This document shows, piece by piece, positions 1 to 10,782 of a DNA stretch of 64,000 nucleotides. The translations under genes were made by a program, and so were the position numbers. Source of the stretch: Candidatus Altimarinota bacterium (GTDB taxonomy: Bacteria > Patescibacteriota > Gracilibacteria > CAIRYL01 > GCA-016699755); contig OY760935.1 of NCBI GenBank assembly GCA_963664295.1, positions 1-64,000 of the forward strand, read 5' to 3'. The notes beneath the pieces were generated by a model, which was not told the DNA's origin, did not search any database, and was given only the letters and a program-made list of their open reading frames with translations. Within the stretch, counting starts at the first letter, position 1. Every line of letters starts with the position of its first letter.

Positions 1-183
1 ATTGATGGTGCCACTATATGCAAAGCCCCTGAAATGCAAGATTTAACTGGATTAAATCAAGAATGTGCGGTAGTAATGTTATTAGAGCAAGCAAAAGAAA
101 TGAGCAGAAATAGATTACTTAGTTTTTTATCATATTTAGCTCCAAGAAGAAAAAGTATGGGGCTTTCCAACTCTCTACAATAA
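1..183 (+). CDS. 3' end of a hypothetical protein (runs off the window start)
   Basis: Frame 1 is open from base 1 to TAA at 181-183 (IDGATICKAPEMQDL...SNSLQ); the next ATG is at 185. Confidence 0.6.
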   Translation: MDGATICKAPEMQDLTGLNQECAVVMLLEQAKEMSRNRLLSFLSYLAPRRKSMGLSNSLQ

Positions 184-184
184 A

Positions 185-508
185 ATGGCTCAACAAACTG
201 AATTCAACGGTAAAAAATTAGACTTACCTCGTACAAAGCTAAATGATGATGAAAGTCGTTTACTTTTATGTAGCGCCTTAGAGGTAAGAGAAATTTGTTC
301 TACAACAAATTGCAAAGCATCAAAATTAATTAGCTCAGGTTTTTCTCAGTCAGCTTGCACAGCATATGAAATAAATAGATCAAGACCAATAATGAAGCCA
401 GAAGATTTAAATCCCAATTGTCTTATAGCTGAGTTAATTAAAAAATTAGGTATAAAAACAGCAAAAGATTGTGTGAGAAAAATGAAACAACAAGGAATTA
501 TTGAATAA
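185..508 (+). CDS. Hypothetical Cys-containing protein
   Basis: 107-aa ORF tightly packed after the upstream ORF; no family recognised. Confidence 0.6.
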   Translation: MAQQTEFNGKKLDLPRTKLNDDESRLLLCSALEVREICSTTNCKASKLISSGFSQSACTAYEINRSRPIMKPEDLNPNCLIAELIKKLGIKTAKDCVRKMKQQGIIE

Positions 509-574
509 TTAAAATCCAATCTTGCCTTAGTGCTTTTGTTTATGCGATAATGCAAAAGCTTTTTTAATGAAATT

Positions 575-1951
575 ATGGACAATATGGACAAAATCGTAGC
601 CCTTTCAAAAAATCGTGGTTTTATTTATTCAGGCTCAGAGATATACGGTGGCTTGGCAAACACATGGGATTACGGTCCAAATGGGGTGGAATTAAAAAAC
701 AATTTAAAAAAAACATGGTGGAAACATTTTGTGCAAAAAAGACCTGATATGGTTGGGGTTGATGCATCTATCTTTATGAATCCAAAAGTTTGGGAAGCAT
801 CGGGTCATGTATCTTGCTTCACAGACCCACTTGTTGATTGTAAAAAATGTAAAAATAGATTTAGAGGAGATAAATTATTAGAAGAAAAATTAGGAGTTGA
901 GCCAGTAGCAGGTAAAAGTAATGACGAAATTCATAAAATGATGGTTAGTGAAAAAATAGCCTGCCCAAGTTGTGGTGTTTGTGATTGGACAGAGCCAAAA
1001 AACTTCAATCTTATGTTTGAAACTCATCAAGGTGTGACACAAGACTCAGGCTCAAAAATTTATCTTCGCCCAGAAACTGCTCAGGGTATTTTTGTGAATT
1101 TCAAAAATGTTTTGCAGTCCTCACGAAAAAGACTTCCTTTTGGTATTGGTCAAATAGGTAAAGCATTTAGAAATGAAATAACTCCAGGTCATTTCATATT
1201 CCGCACGCGTGAATTTGAGCAAATGGAAATTGAGTATTTTGTTCATCCAGATAGCTGGAAAGAGCTTTATGATGGCTGGCGCGAAGAAATGGACAAATTT
1301 TTCAAAGACACACTTGGAATGGATACAACAAAATTCCGCTGGAGACAACATGAAGAAGATGAGCTTTCTCATTATTCAAAAGAAACATGGGATGTGGAGT
1401 TTTTGTTTCCTTTTGGCTGGGGTGAACTTTGGGGTATTGCTTATAGAACAGATTTTGATCTTCAGCAACACATGAAGCACTCAGGTGAAAAATTAGAATA
1501 CAGAGATCCAACAACAAACGAAGTCTTAGTTCCACATTGCATAGAGCCAACTTTTGGTGCAGATAGAACAGTGCTTGCTCTTTTAATCTCCGCATATACC
1601 GAAGAAGAACTAGAAGACGGCGACAAAAGAACAGTATTAAAATTTAAACCAAGTCTAGCTCCTGTCAAAGCAGCAATATTGCCTCTTATGAAAAAAGACG
1701 GACTTGCAGAAAAAGCCAAAGAAATCCACGCACAATTATCAGAATACTGGAACACAGAATATGATGAAACAGGATCAGTAGGAAAACGCTACAGAAGACA
1801 AGATGAAATCGGAACTCCATATTGTATTACAATAGACTACGATACACTCGAAGACAGCACAGTGACAATCAGAGAACGCGATTCAATGGAGCAAGTAAGA
1901 TTGCCAATTGCAGAATTAGAAAGTTTTTTAAGAGAAAAAATAGGTCAATAA
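575..1951 (+). CDS. glyQS: Glycine--tRNA ligase, homodimeric alpha2 type
   Basis: EIYGG, LRPETAQG, FRNEITP, REFEQME, IEPTFG and GKRYRRQDEIGTP motifs. Confidence 0.97.
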   Translation: MDNMDKIVALSKNRGFIYSGSEIYGGLANTWDYGPNGVELKNNLKKTWWKHFVQKRPDMVGVDASIFMNPKVWEASGHVSCFTDPLVDCKKCKNRFRGDKLLEEKLGVEPVAGKSNDEIHKMMVSEKIACPSCGVCDWTEPKNFNLMFETHQGVTQDSGSKIYLRPETAQGIFVNFKNVLQSSRKRLPFGIGQIGKAFRNEITPGHFIFRTREFEQMEIEYFVHPDSWKELYDGWREEMDKFFKDTLGMDTTKFRWRQHEEDELSHYSKETWDVEFLFPFGWGELWGIAYRTDFDLQQHMKHSGEKLEYRDPTTNEVLVPHCIEPTFGADRTVLALLISAYTEEELEDGDKRTVLKFKPSLAPVKAAILPLMKKDGLAEKAKEIHAQLSEYWNTEYDETGSVGKRYRRQDEIGTPYCITIDYDTLEDSTVTIRERDSMEQVRLPIAELESFLREKIGQ

Positions 1952-1955
1952 GCCA

Positions 1956-3470
1956 ATGTCCCAAGCAAGAAAAATCCTTAGCAATACCTTTTCTCAAGTA
2001 TTTGGAAAAGCAATAACCGCTGTGCTTGCAGTGCTTGTTGTTAAAATTCTTTCAAATTATCTTGAAAAATCAGGATACGGTGACTATGGAACTATTTATG
2101 AATTTTTAGCCTTTTTTGGTGCAATAGCAGACTTGGGATTATTCACAATAGCAGTGCGGGAAATGTCTCACCGTAAAGATAAAGCAAAAATTTTTGGTGT
2201 AACCATAACCCTGCGTACGATTTTGACTACTATTGCTATGGCACTAGCTGGCGTAGTGGCATTTTTAATTCCAAAATACACAGGAACATATATTCCAAAA
2301 GGGGTAGTCATTGCTGCAATAGCCACTTGGTTTGTAATTCTTTCCGGCACTGTTTCAACCATTCTGCAAGTGCGACTAAAAATGCAATTTCAAGCAATTG
2401 GTTTAGTATTGGGCAAAATTTTAACAGTTGTTTTAATTCTTTTAATAACTCAATTTTGGTATCCAGTAGCCACAGAACAAGCCTTTTATCTTTTAATTTG
2501 GGCGGGTGTTGCTGGTAGTTTGCTCACTTTTTTAATTACTGCTTATTTTGCAAATAAATCTGAGCCAGTAAAATTTTTATACGATAAGGTTTTTGCAAAA
2601 AATTTACTAAAAGAAGCTCTACCTTTTGGCTTGGCCTTAATTCTTAATACAATTTATTTTCGTTTAGATATTGTTTTGTTTTCTTTGATTTTACCTCGTT
2701 CTGTTGACGGAGTTTGCGAAAGTCAATTTTGTGCTGACACAGAAGCAGGTAGTTATATTGTTGCCGTGCGTATTCTTGAAGTAATGATTATAGTGCCTTT
2801 GTTTTTTATGAATTCTGTTTTGCCAGTATTAACAAGACATATAAAACAAAAAACAAATCGTGTAAGTGATACATTAAATTACAGTTTTTATTTTCTTTTG
2901 TCAGCAGGCTTGTCAGCAGGAATTGGTATTTTTATATTAGCTCGTCCCATTGTTCAACTTATTGCCTCTGATGAATTTTTAACACATGGTTCTGTTTATG
3001 GCTCTGACACGGCATTGCAATTTTTGATGATAGCAATGTTTTTCACATATTTAACAAGTTTTCTTGGTTTTGCTTTAATTGCCTTTGGTTATCAAATAAA
3101 ACTACTCTGGATAAATCTTGTTGCTGTGCTTTTTAATCTGTTTTCCAATCTTTGGGTTATTCCAATTTACGGACTCAGAGGTGCCGCAACTACTTCAGTA
3201 ATTTCCGAAGGCTTAATTTTAATTCTCTCTATAATTGCTTTGAGAAAAATAAGTAAAGAATTTAATCCAGACTTTAAAGTGATTTTTAAAATTATTTTTT
3301 CCGGAGCACTAATGGGAGCAGTTGTTTATTATTTTTGGCAAATTATCCACCCCCTTGGTGTCACAGGATTTTTATTAACAATTAATCTTGGAATATTAGT
3401 TTTTATGGGGAGCATATATTTCACAGGGGTATTAAATAAAGACATGATGAGTGTTTTGCGCAAAAAATAG
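1956..3470 (+). CDS. Polysaccharide flippase (Wzx/MOP superfamily)
   Basis: Multiple TM helices; ADLGLFTIAVRE, IYFRLD and IPIYGLRGAA motifs. Confidence 0.85.
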   Translation: MSQARKILSNTFSQVFGKAITAVLAVLVVKILSNYLEKSGYGDYGTIYEFLAFFGAIADLGLFTIAVREMSHRKDKAKIFGVTITLRTILTTIAMALAGVVAFLIPKYTGTYIPKGVVIAAIATWFVILSGTVSTILQVRLKMQFQAIGLVLGKILTVVLILLITQFWYPVATEQAFYLLIWAGVAGSLLTFLITAYFANKSEPVKFLYDKVFAKNLLKEALPFGLALILNTIYFRLDIVLFSLILPRSVDGVCESQFCADTEAGSYIVAVRILEVMIIVPLFFMNSVLPVLTRHIKQKTNRVSDTLNYSFYFLLSAGLSAGIGIFILARPIVQLIASDEFLTHGSVYGSDTALQFLMIAMFFTYLTSFLGFALIAFGYQIKLLWINLVAVLFNLFSNLWVIPIYGLRGAATTSVISEGLILILSIIALRKISKEFNPDFKVIFKIIFSGALMGAVVYYFWQIIHPLGVTGFLLTINLGILVFMGSIYFTGVLNKDMMSVLRKK

Positions 3471-3474
3471 GTTT

Positions 3475-3552
3475 TTCGTCATTGACGAGGAGTCCGCCTG
3501 GGCGGACGACGAAGCAAATCTACTTCATTATTTTAAGTGAAGCGAAGAATTT
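3475..3552. repeat. GC-rich REP-like palindromic intergenic element
   Basis: GTCCGCC-tg-GGCGGAC hairpin at 3492-3507 nested in TTCGTC/GACGAA (3475-3513); TCGTCA-t-TGACGA palindrome; degenerate AAGCGAAGAAT unit downstream. Confidence 0.55.
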
Positions 3553-3592
3553 CCTTAAACATAGTGTACAAAATGCCAATATTAACAAGCTA

Positions 3593-3621
3593 TTGACACA
3601 TATTTATTAGCACTTTATTAT
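3593..3621 (+). promoter_or_regulatory. Sigma70-type promoter of groESL
   Basis: TTGACA (3593-3598), 17-nt spacer, TATTAT (3616-3621); overlaps the CIRCE box. Confidence 0.75.
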
Positions 3622-3633
3622 AAAGAGTGCTAA
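3607..3633. promoter_or_regulatory. CIRCE element (HrcA operator)
   Basis: TTAGCACTT-N9-GAGTGCTAA, one mismatch to consensus TTAGCACTC-N9-GAGTGCTAA; upstream of groES; hrcA is in the window. Confidence 0.95.
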
Positions 3634-3743
3634 ATATTACAAACAACAAGAAAAAAATAACCAACTTGCTTATATTCATTATATAAATTAAGATTTTTCA
3701 GCTAGTAAATAAATTAATTTTTAGATATTTTTTATAAAAATTT

Positions 3744-4016
3744 ATGAGTAAATCAAAAATTACACCCTTGGGCGCAAGAGTAGTAGTTCGTCCAGAAACC
3801 GCAGAAGAAAAAACAGCCTTTGGTATTGTTCTTCCAGACACCGCATCTAAAGAAAAACCACAAAAAGGAACTGTAATTGCAGTTGGCTCACAACAAAAAG
3901 AAGTAAAAGAAAAAGACACAGTAATTTTCAAAAAATACGCACCAACAGAGATTAAAATAGAAAATGAAGAATTATTTATCTTAGACGAAGATGATATTCT
4001 TGCAATTTTATCTTAA
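3744..4016 (+). CDS. groES: Co-chaperonin GroES
   Basis: [26 protein letters not shown] and EDDILA motifs. Confidence 0.97.
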   Translation: MSKSKITPLGARVVVRPETAEEKTAFGIVLPDTASKEKPQKGTVIAVGSQQKEVKEKDTVIFKKYAPTEIKIENEELFILDEDDILAILS

Positions 4017-4059
4017 TTCTAGTTTGTTTTGAATTTTCACATTTTTAAATTTATTTTAA

Positions 4060-5697
<1,638 letters not shown>

Positions 5698-5721
5698 AAA
5701 ATAAATTTAATTAAGTAGATT

Positions 5722-5751
5722 AAAAAAGAGGCAAATATTTGCCTCTTTTTT
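5722..5751. terminator. Intrinsic terminator after groEL
   Basis: Perfect palindrome AAAAAAGAGGCAAAT/ATTTGCCTCTTTTTT with a U tract. Confidence 0.9.
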
Positions 5752-5789
5752 GTTGCAATTTTTAAGTTTTTCCTTACAATAAATCGCCA

Positions 5790-6326
5790 ATGAATTATTT
5801 ATATATGAAAAGCCCCAATTTATCTTATGTAAAAATAAACCCTCCTGCGCTTCAGGATTATAAAAGAACACATCGTTATATGCCTTCTCTTGATTTTTCA
5901 GCCATTTCTCTTGAGAGATTTTCAGGTAATGATCCTGTGTTATTTGAAAATAGAATAGTTGTTCATGGAGAAATAGCTTTTTTACTTTTTTACAAAAATA
6001 AGCCTAGTAGTTTTATTGCCTTAGATGAAAAAGAAGATGGTCAAGTTTGGCAAATAAATCAATTGCAAGGTGCAAAAAGCAGAAAATCATATCGTTTTAA
6101 TACTTGTTTTCAATGGCAGGCTTTTTTTGCGGATTTAATTAAAAATCAAGCATTTGCTGGTGATTTAGTTCGCCACATAACAATGCCCATAAGAGCTAGC
6201 AATATTTGTGATGCACGCTCCCAAACAGTAGATACTACCTATGGTATTGTTAAGAGTAGGTTAAAAATGTTTTTTTCAAGTGAGCTAGGAATGTTTATTA
6301 CAGATGTTAATAAATTAAAACAATAA
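5790..6326 (+). CDS. Hypothetical protein (weak VirK/DUF535-like INQLQG motif)
   Basis: 178-aa ORF; the family hint rests on one short motif. Confidence 0.55.
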   Translation: MNYLYMKSPNLSYVKINPPALQDYKRTHRYMPSLDFSAISLERFSGNDPVLFENRIVVHGEIAFLLFYKNKPSSFIALDEKEDGQVWQINQLQGAKSRKSYRFNTCFQWQAFFADLIKNQAFAGDLVRHITMPIRASNICDARSQTVDTTYGIVKSRLKMFFSSELGMFITDVNKLKQ

Positions 6327-7265
6327 ATTAGCTAAATACCCAATTAAAACAATACAAATAGCTACGCTAGAAAAGAAAATAGCCAATAATTTCCAGTTCA
6401 TGGCTTTTTTCAAAATCATAGCTTCAGGAAAAGAAAGCCCCACAGTAGCCATCATAAAGGCAAGTGCAGTACCAAGCGGAATTCCCTTAGCAACAAGAGA
6501 TTGCACAATAGGAATAACACCCGAAGCATTTGCATAGAGAGGCACAGCCAAAATTACAGCTATAGGCACAGCAAAAAGATTATCTGCAGAAATTTTTTCC
6601 GCAAAATAATTTTCAGGTACAAAACCATGAATTAAAGAACCCACAAAAATACCGATAACAACATACAAAAACACATTTTTTGTGAGCTTAATACCTTTTT
6701 TAAAAGAAAAAACAATTTTTTCAAAAAAAGCTTTTTGAGCTATTTCGTTTTTAGTAGTTATTTTTTTAGCATTTTTAATGTCAGCAGTTAAATATTTTTC
6801 TAATCCAAGAATTTCAAAAATAATGCCTAAGAAAGTACCTAATAAAATGGCTGTAATAAGCCAAAAAATCATAAATTTAAACCCAAAAAATCCCCATATA
6901 AGCACCAAAGCAACCTCATTCACAAGTGGAGAAGTAATCAAAAAAGAAAAAGCAACACCAGAGGGAATACCACTAGTTAAAAAAGTGAAAAATAAAGGCA
7001 AAGAGGAACAAGAGCAAAAAGGCGTAATAGCGCCAAAAACAGCACCTAAAAAATGAGAAAATACAAAAAATTTACCTTTGATAAATTTTTCAATTTTTTT
7101 CATTGGCAAATGAAGGCGAAGAAAAGTCATCACCCCCATCATAATAGTCAAAAGAAGCAGGATTTTAATTGTATCATCAACAAAAAAAACAAATGCATCA
7201 TAAAACCTAGGCATATCACCAAGATTTAGGGCATTTGCCAGCCAAACAGCGAATTTGTGGAACAT
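6315..7265 (-). CDS. Permease, DUF318/ArsP family
   Basis: TPFCSCSS.P, FLITSPLVNE, G.ALAFMMA.VGLS.PE motifs. Confidence 0.9.
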   Translation of the reverse strand: MFHKFAVWLANALNLGDMPRFYDAFVFFVDDTIKILLLLTIMMGVMTFLRLHLPMKKIEKFIKGKFFVFSHFLGAVFGAITPFCSCSSLPLFFTFLTSGIPSGVAFSFLITSPLVNEVALVLIWGFFGFKFMIFWLITAILLGTFLGIIFEILGLEKYLTADIKNAKKITTKNEIAQKAFFEKIVFSFKKGIKLTKNVFLYVVIGIFVGSLIHGFVPENYFAEKISADNLFAVPIAVILAVPLYANASGVIPIVQSLVAKGIPLGTALAFMMATVGLSFPEAMILKKAMNWKLLAIFFSSVAICIVLIGYLANLLF

Positions 7266-7268
7266 TTA

Positions 7269-7454
7269 TTATTTATTGCTTTTACCCTTTTCCTCTTTTG
7301 TGCGTAAAGGTTGTCTTTTTTTACAAACACTACAATATTTTTTAAGCTCTATTCCTTTATTTTCTTTTTTATTGTAAATATAAAAATGTTGGATAATCTG
7401 ACCACATTCTGTGCAGTATCCTACTGTTGCTTGTTGTTTTTTTCCTCTTGGCAT
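7269..7454 (-). CDS. rpmG: 50S ribosomal protein L33 (Zn-ribbon type)
   Basis: CTEC and ELKKYCSVCKK motifs; 61 aa, basic. Confidence 0.88.
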   Translation of the reverse strand: MPRGKKQQATVGYCTECGQIIQHFYIYNKKENKGIELKKYCSVCKKRQPLRTKEEKGKSNK

Positions 7455-7511
7455 AGTTATTTTAAATAAAACGCGACGCCTATTTTGCGCCAGAAACTTA
7501 AAAAATGCAAG

Positions 7512-7868
7512 TTAAAATAATTTGCTACCTAATTTTGCCTCCACAAGAGGAGTAATTATAGTTGCTTCACCGCTATCTGCCTTTGGATATTGCACTCCAA
7601 GAGTCAGAAATTCAGATAAAGTATCACCAACTTGTCTTGGTTCAAAATTAATAACTCCCATGATTTGTTTGCCTATCAATTCTTCTGGTTTGTGTTGAGT
7701 TAATCTTCCTACACTAGTTTTAACTCCATATTTTCCAAAGTCAGCAGTTATTTTATAAGATTTTTTAGGAGTATTGGGTGCAATTTCTATAGAAATTACT
7801 TTGCCTAAGCGCATATCTATTTTTTCAAAATCTTCATAAGCAATAATAGGCTTTGATTTTTTAATCAT
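7512..7868 (-). CDS. csaA: CsaA/Trbp111-family OB-fold tRNA-binding/chaperone protein
   Basis: FEKIDMRLG, DFG..G.KTS and NFEPRQV...SEFLTLG motifs. Confidence 0.85.
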   Translation of the reverse strand: MIKKSKPIIAYEDFEKIDMRLGKVISIEIAPNTPKKSYKITADFGKYGVKTSVGRLTQHKPEELIGKQIMGVINFEPRQVGDTLSEFLTLGVQYPKADSGEATIITPLVEAKLGSKLF

Positions 7869-7942
7869 AACAATAATTCAAAAAAGCCAAATAATATTAC
7901 TTGAAAAAAGCTGATTAAAAAAGCAAAATTAATTTTGTCCTT

Positions 7943-8878
7943 ATGAAAAATCCATTTAAAAAAAATAAACGGCGTGCATATATCACAATGCCAAACAAAA
8001 GAAGCGTAAAATCAAAAAAGCGCACTTTGGCACGAGAATTTAAGAAAAAAAGAACCCGCAATTTTAAATATATATTCTCTTTTTTGCGCTTTCGCACAAA
8101 TAGATTAGTTGCAAAAATAGCAGCTTTTTCTTTGATTATTGCCTTTGTGTGTGTGAGTTTGGTTTTGATTTTTTTCTCAGAATTTTTTTCTGTTCAACAC
8201 ATAAAACTCACTCGTAAAGATTTTCGTGTAAATGCAGAAGAAATTTCTTTTTCAATGCAAGAATATAGAAATCAAAACATAATTTTTTTATCCAAGCGTA
8301 GCATTAAAAAAACTCTTCTAAAAAACCACCCCAGTATAAAAGAAATTGAAATAGATAAAGATTTTCCAAGAACCTTAATATTACAAATAGGAACCTACCC
8401 AATCTCTGCCCGCTGGAAAGTAAAAGTAGTAAAAGAAAATTTATTAGAAGGCGGAAAAGCAGAAAAAAAAGAACAAGAGTTATTTGTAAACCAGGTAGGT
8501 ATGGCAACAAGTGGCACTAGTGAAGATCAAAATGCTTTTTTAATCGAAGAGCAAGAAATTAGAGATAATTTTTTCCTGGAAAGTCAGCTCGTGGTTGACC
8601 AAAAAATACTTGAACAAATTCACATTTCTCGACAGCTAATTGAAGAAGCCTTAAACACATCAATCATAAAAGCAAAATACTACAGAAACGCCAGAGAAGT
8701 TCACTACATAACAGAAAATGAAACCTCAATTTGGCTTGATTTTGCTTCTCCTCAAAAAGAACAAATAGAAAAATTAAACCACATCTTGGCAGAAACAGAT
8801 ATTTTTAACAACCCTCTGGATCATGTTGATTTAAGAGTGTATGAGCGTGTATATTGGCAGGCATCAAGTAATGACTAA
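7943..8878 (+). CDS. FtsQ/DivIB-like POTRA-domain cell division protein
   Basis: Basic N-terminus, single TM, POTRA (IEIDKDFPRTLIL) and C-terminal HVDLRV..RVY. Confidence 0.75.
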   Translation: MKNPFKKNKRRAYITMPNKRSVKSKKRTLAREFKKKRTRNFKYIFSFLRFRTNRLVAKIAAFSLIIAFVCVSLVLIFFSEFFSVQHIKLTRKDFRVNAEEISFSMQEYRNQNIIFLSKRSIKKTLLKNHPSIKEIEIDKDFPRTLILQIGTYPISARWKVKVVKENLLEGGKAEKKEQELFVNQVGMATSGTSEDQNAFLIEEQEIRDNFFLESQLVVDQKILEQIHISRQLIEEALNTSIIKAKYYRNAREVHYITENETSIWLDFASPQKEQIEKLNHILAETDIFNNPLDHVDLRVYERVYWQASSND

Positions 8879-9716
8879 TTTTTTTATAAAACTTTTCGGC
8901 GCTTTATATATTGTGGTTCCACAGCCTGTTTTTGAAGCAGGCGTGCCAGAAGTTATAATTCAAGCACCTGCCCAAGAAATTGAAATAAGCACAGAAATAA
9001 GTGCAGAAAGTATGTTAATTTTTGATATTGAAAATAATACAGAACTTGCCTCAAATAATCCTGATCAAATGCGCGCAATGGCTAGTTTGACCAAGTTAAT
9101 GACAGCCTTGATTATTCTTGAAAATCATTCCTTAGATGAAGTTGTTTTAATAAACAATAATTATGCAGAAACAGAAGGAAGCAAAGCTTGGTTTTTTAAA
9201 AATGAAGAAATTACAGTAGAAAATTTATTAAAAGCACTATTAATTCATTCTGCCAATGATTCAGCACTCATTCTTGCTGTTTATGATGCAGGCAGTGTGG
9301 ATAAATTTGTGCAAAAAATGAACATAAGAGCAAAAAATTTAGGATTAAAAAATACACAATTTAAAAATCCTCATGGGCTTGATGCAGTGGGTCATTATTC
9401 CTCTGCTCATGATCTTGCTTTTTTGAGCTCTTTTTTGCTTAGAGAAAAAAATAGTTTTTTTCGCAGAGTGGTTAACACAAGTCAAGAAACAATATATTCA
9501 ACAGACAAAAGCATTATTCACAAGCTTGATACTACAAACGATCTTTTACTTGAAAATTTATCAGTTTATGGCGTAAAAACCGGCACAACTGATAATGCAG
9601 GCCAATGCTTAATTAGCCTAATAAAAAGAAGACAAAAAGAATATTTAATTATTGTGCTTGGCTCAGAAGATAGATATCTAGACACAAAATTACTAATCAA
9701 CGAATTGCCTTATTAA
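8871..9716 (+). CDS. D-alanyl-D-alanine carboxypeptidase (peptidase S11)
   Basis: SxxK (ASLTK), SAN, NPHGL and KTG motifs; start at 8871 preferred over 8841. Confidence 0.93.
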   Translation: MTNFFIKLFGALYIVVPQPVFEAGVPEVIIQAPAQEIEISTEISAESMLIFDIENNTELASNNPDQMRAMASLTKLMTALIILENHSLDEVVLINNNYAETEGSKAWFFKNEEITVENLLKALLIHSANDSALILAVYDAGSVDKFVQKMNIRAKNLGLKNTQFKNPHGLDAVGHYSSAHDLAFLSSFLLREKNSFFRRVVNTSQETIYSTDKSIIHKLDTTNDLLLENLSVYGVKTGTTDNAGQCLISLIKRRQKEYLIIVLGSEDRYLDTKLLINELPY

Positions 9717-10375
9717 ACACCACCCTTTGCAAACACAATAGCAGAAATATTTTTAAACCCCGCTTTTTTGAATGGTTTTACACATTCTTCAAGAGTAGAA
9801 CAAGTCACCACAACATCATCAACTAAATAAATTGTTATGTTTTTATTTATTTTTGTTAATTTTTTCTCATTTATTGAAATGCAATTTTTTAAGTTTTCAG
9901 TTCTTTCTTTGCCTTTTAGCTTGGATTGCGGAAAAGTGTTTCTATTGCGATAAATTAAATTATTTTCCACAGGAATATTTTTTATTTCTGCAAATAAATC
10001 AGCAAGAATTTTGCTTTGATTAAAGCCTCTTTGGTTTAAGCGAGTTTTGTGTAATGGTACAGGTACAAAAATAGCATTATATGCAAAATTTATTTTATTT
10101 AATTTATTTTCAAAAAATGACTTAAAATCATGAGCAACCCTCTTTGAATAACGAAATTTTAATTTTTTCACTGCTTTTTCAATTATTTTATTGCTCCATG
10201 GGCTTAAAAAATAGATTTTTTTAATATTTTTTGAAGAAAAATAGCCATTTTTTTCATTTTTAATATTTTTTAAGCAGTTTTTACACAAAAAAGAACCTTC
10301 TTTTTTGCACCCAAGACATTCAGGTGGCAATAAAAAGTCAAAAAATTTGTTTATTAACTCAATAAATTTTTTCAT
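9713..10375 (-). CDS. comF: ComF-family competence protein (Zn ribbon + PRTase)
   Basis: CxxC...CxxC, VPVPLH, RGFNQS and LVDDV motifs. Confidence 0.9.
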   Translation of the reverse strand: MKKFIELINKFFDFLLPPECLGCKKEGSFLCKNCLKNIKNEKNGYFSSKNIKKIYFLSPWSNKIIEKAVKKLKFRYSKRVAHDFKSFFENKLNKINFAYNAIFVPVPLHKTRLNQRGFNQSKILADLFAEIKNIPVENNLIYRNRNTFPQSKLKGKERTENLKNCISINEKKLTKINKNITIYLVDDVVVTCSTLEECVKPFKKAGFKNISAIVFAKGGV

Positions 10376-10449
10376 ATCCTTATTTTCTAATAAAATAAAA
10401 ACCTTTGCAATTAAAGCTTATTTTTGGCAAAATTGCTCTGCTTGGGCTT

Positions 10450-10526
10450 GGGCGGTTAGCTCAGTTGGCTAGAGCGCATCGTTGACTCCGATGAGGTCAT
10501 GTGTTCGAATCACATACCGCCCACCA
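10450..10526 (+). tRNA. tRNA-Val(GAC)
   Basis: Full cloverleaf; GGGCGGT/ACCGCCC acceptor stem, anticodon loop TT-GAC-TC, TTCGAAT, A73 and encoded CCA. Confidence 0.93.
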
Positions 10527-10548
10527 GAAATATTTTTTTATAAAAAAC

Positions 10549-10779
10549 ATGAAAGCATTTGCAAGTACAATTCAAGTAATCGTTGCTATCCTCCTATCAC
10601 TTTTAATTTTATTACAACAAAAAGGAAGTGGCTTAGGCTCACTTGCTGGCGGAGGTGGAGGAGAGTTTTATGCAACAAAAAGAGGTGCAGAAAAAGTACT
10701 TTATCGTGTGACAGTTGCATTGGCAGTTTTATTTTGTCTTAATGCCTTTGTTTTTCCTTTATTGCCTGATTCAGAGTAA
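10549..10779 (+). CDS. secG: Preprotein translocase subunit SecG
   Basis: ILLQQKGSGLG and TKRGAEK motifs, two TMs; start set to ATG 10549 because the longer ORF overlaps the tRNA. Confidence 0.92.
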   Translation: MKAFASTIQVIVAILLSLLILLQQKGSGLGSLAGGGGGEFYATKRGAEKVLYRVTVALAVLFCLNAFVFPLLPDSE

Positions 10780-10782
10780 AAA

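Noticed and set aside
10482-10548. Upstream starts for secG (10501) and ORF 10482-10742
   Set aside because: Both start inside tRNA-Val; ATG 10549 gives a normal-length SecG.
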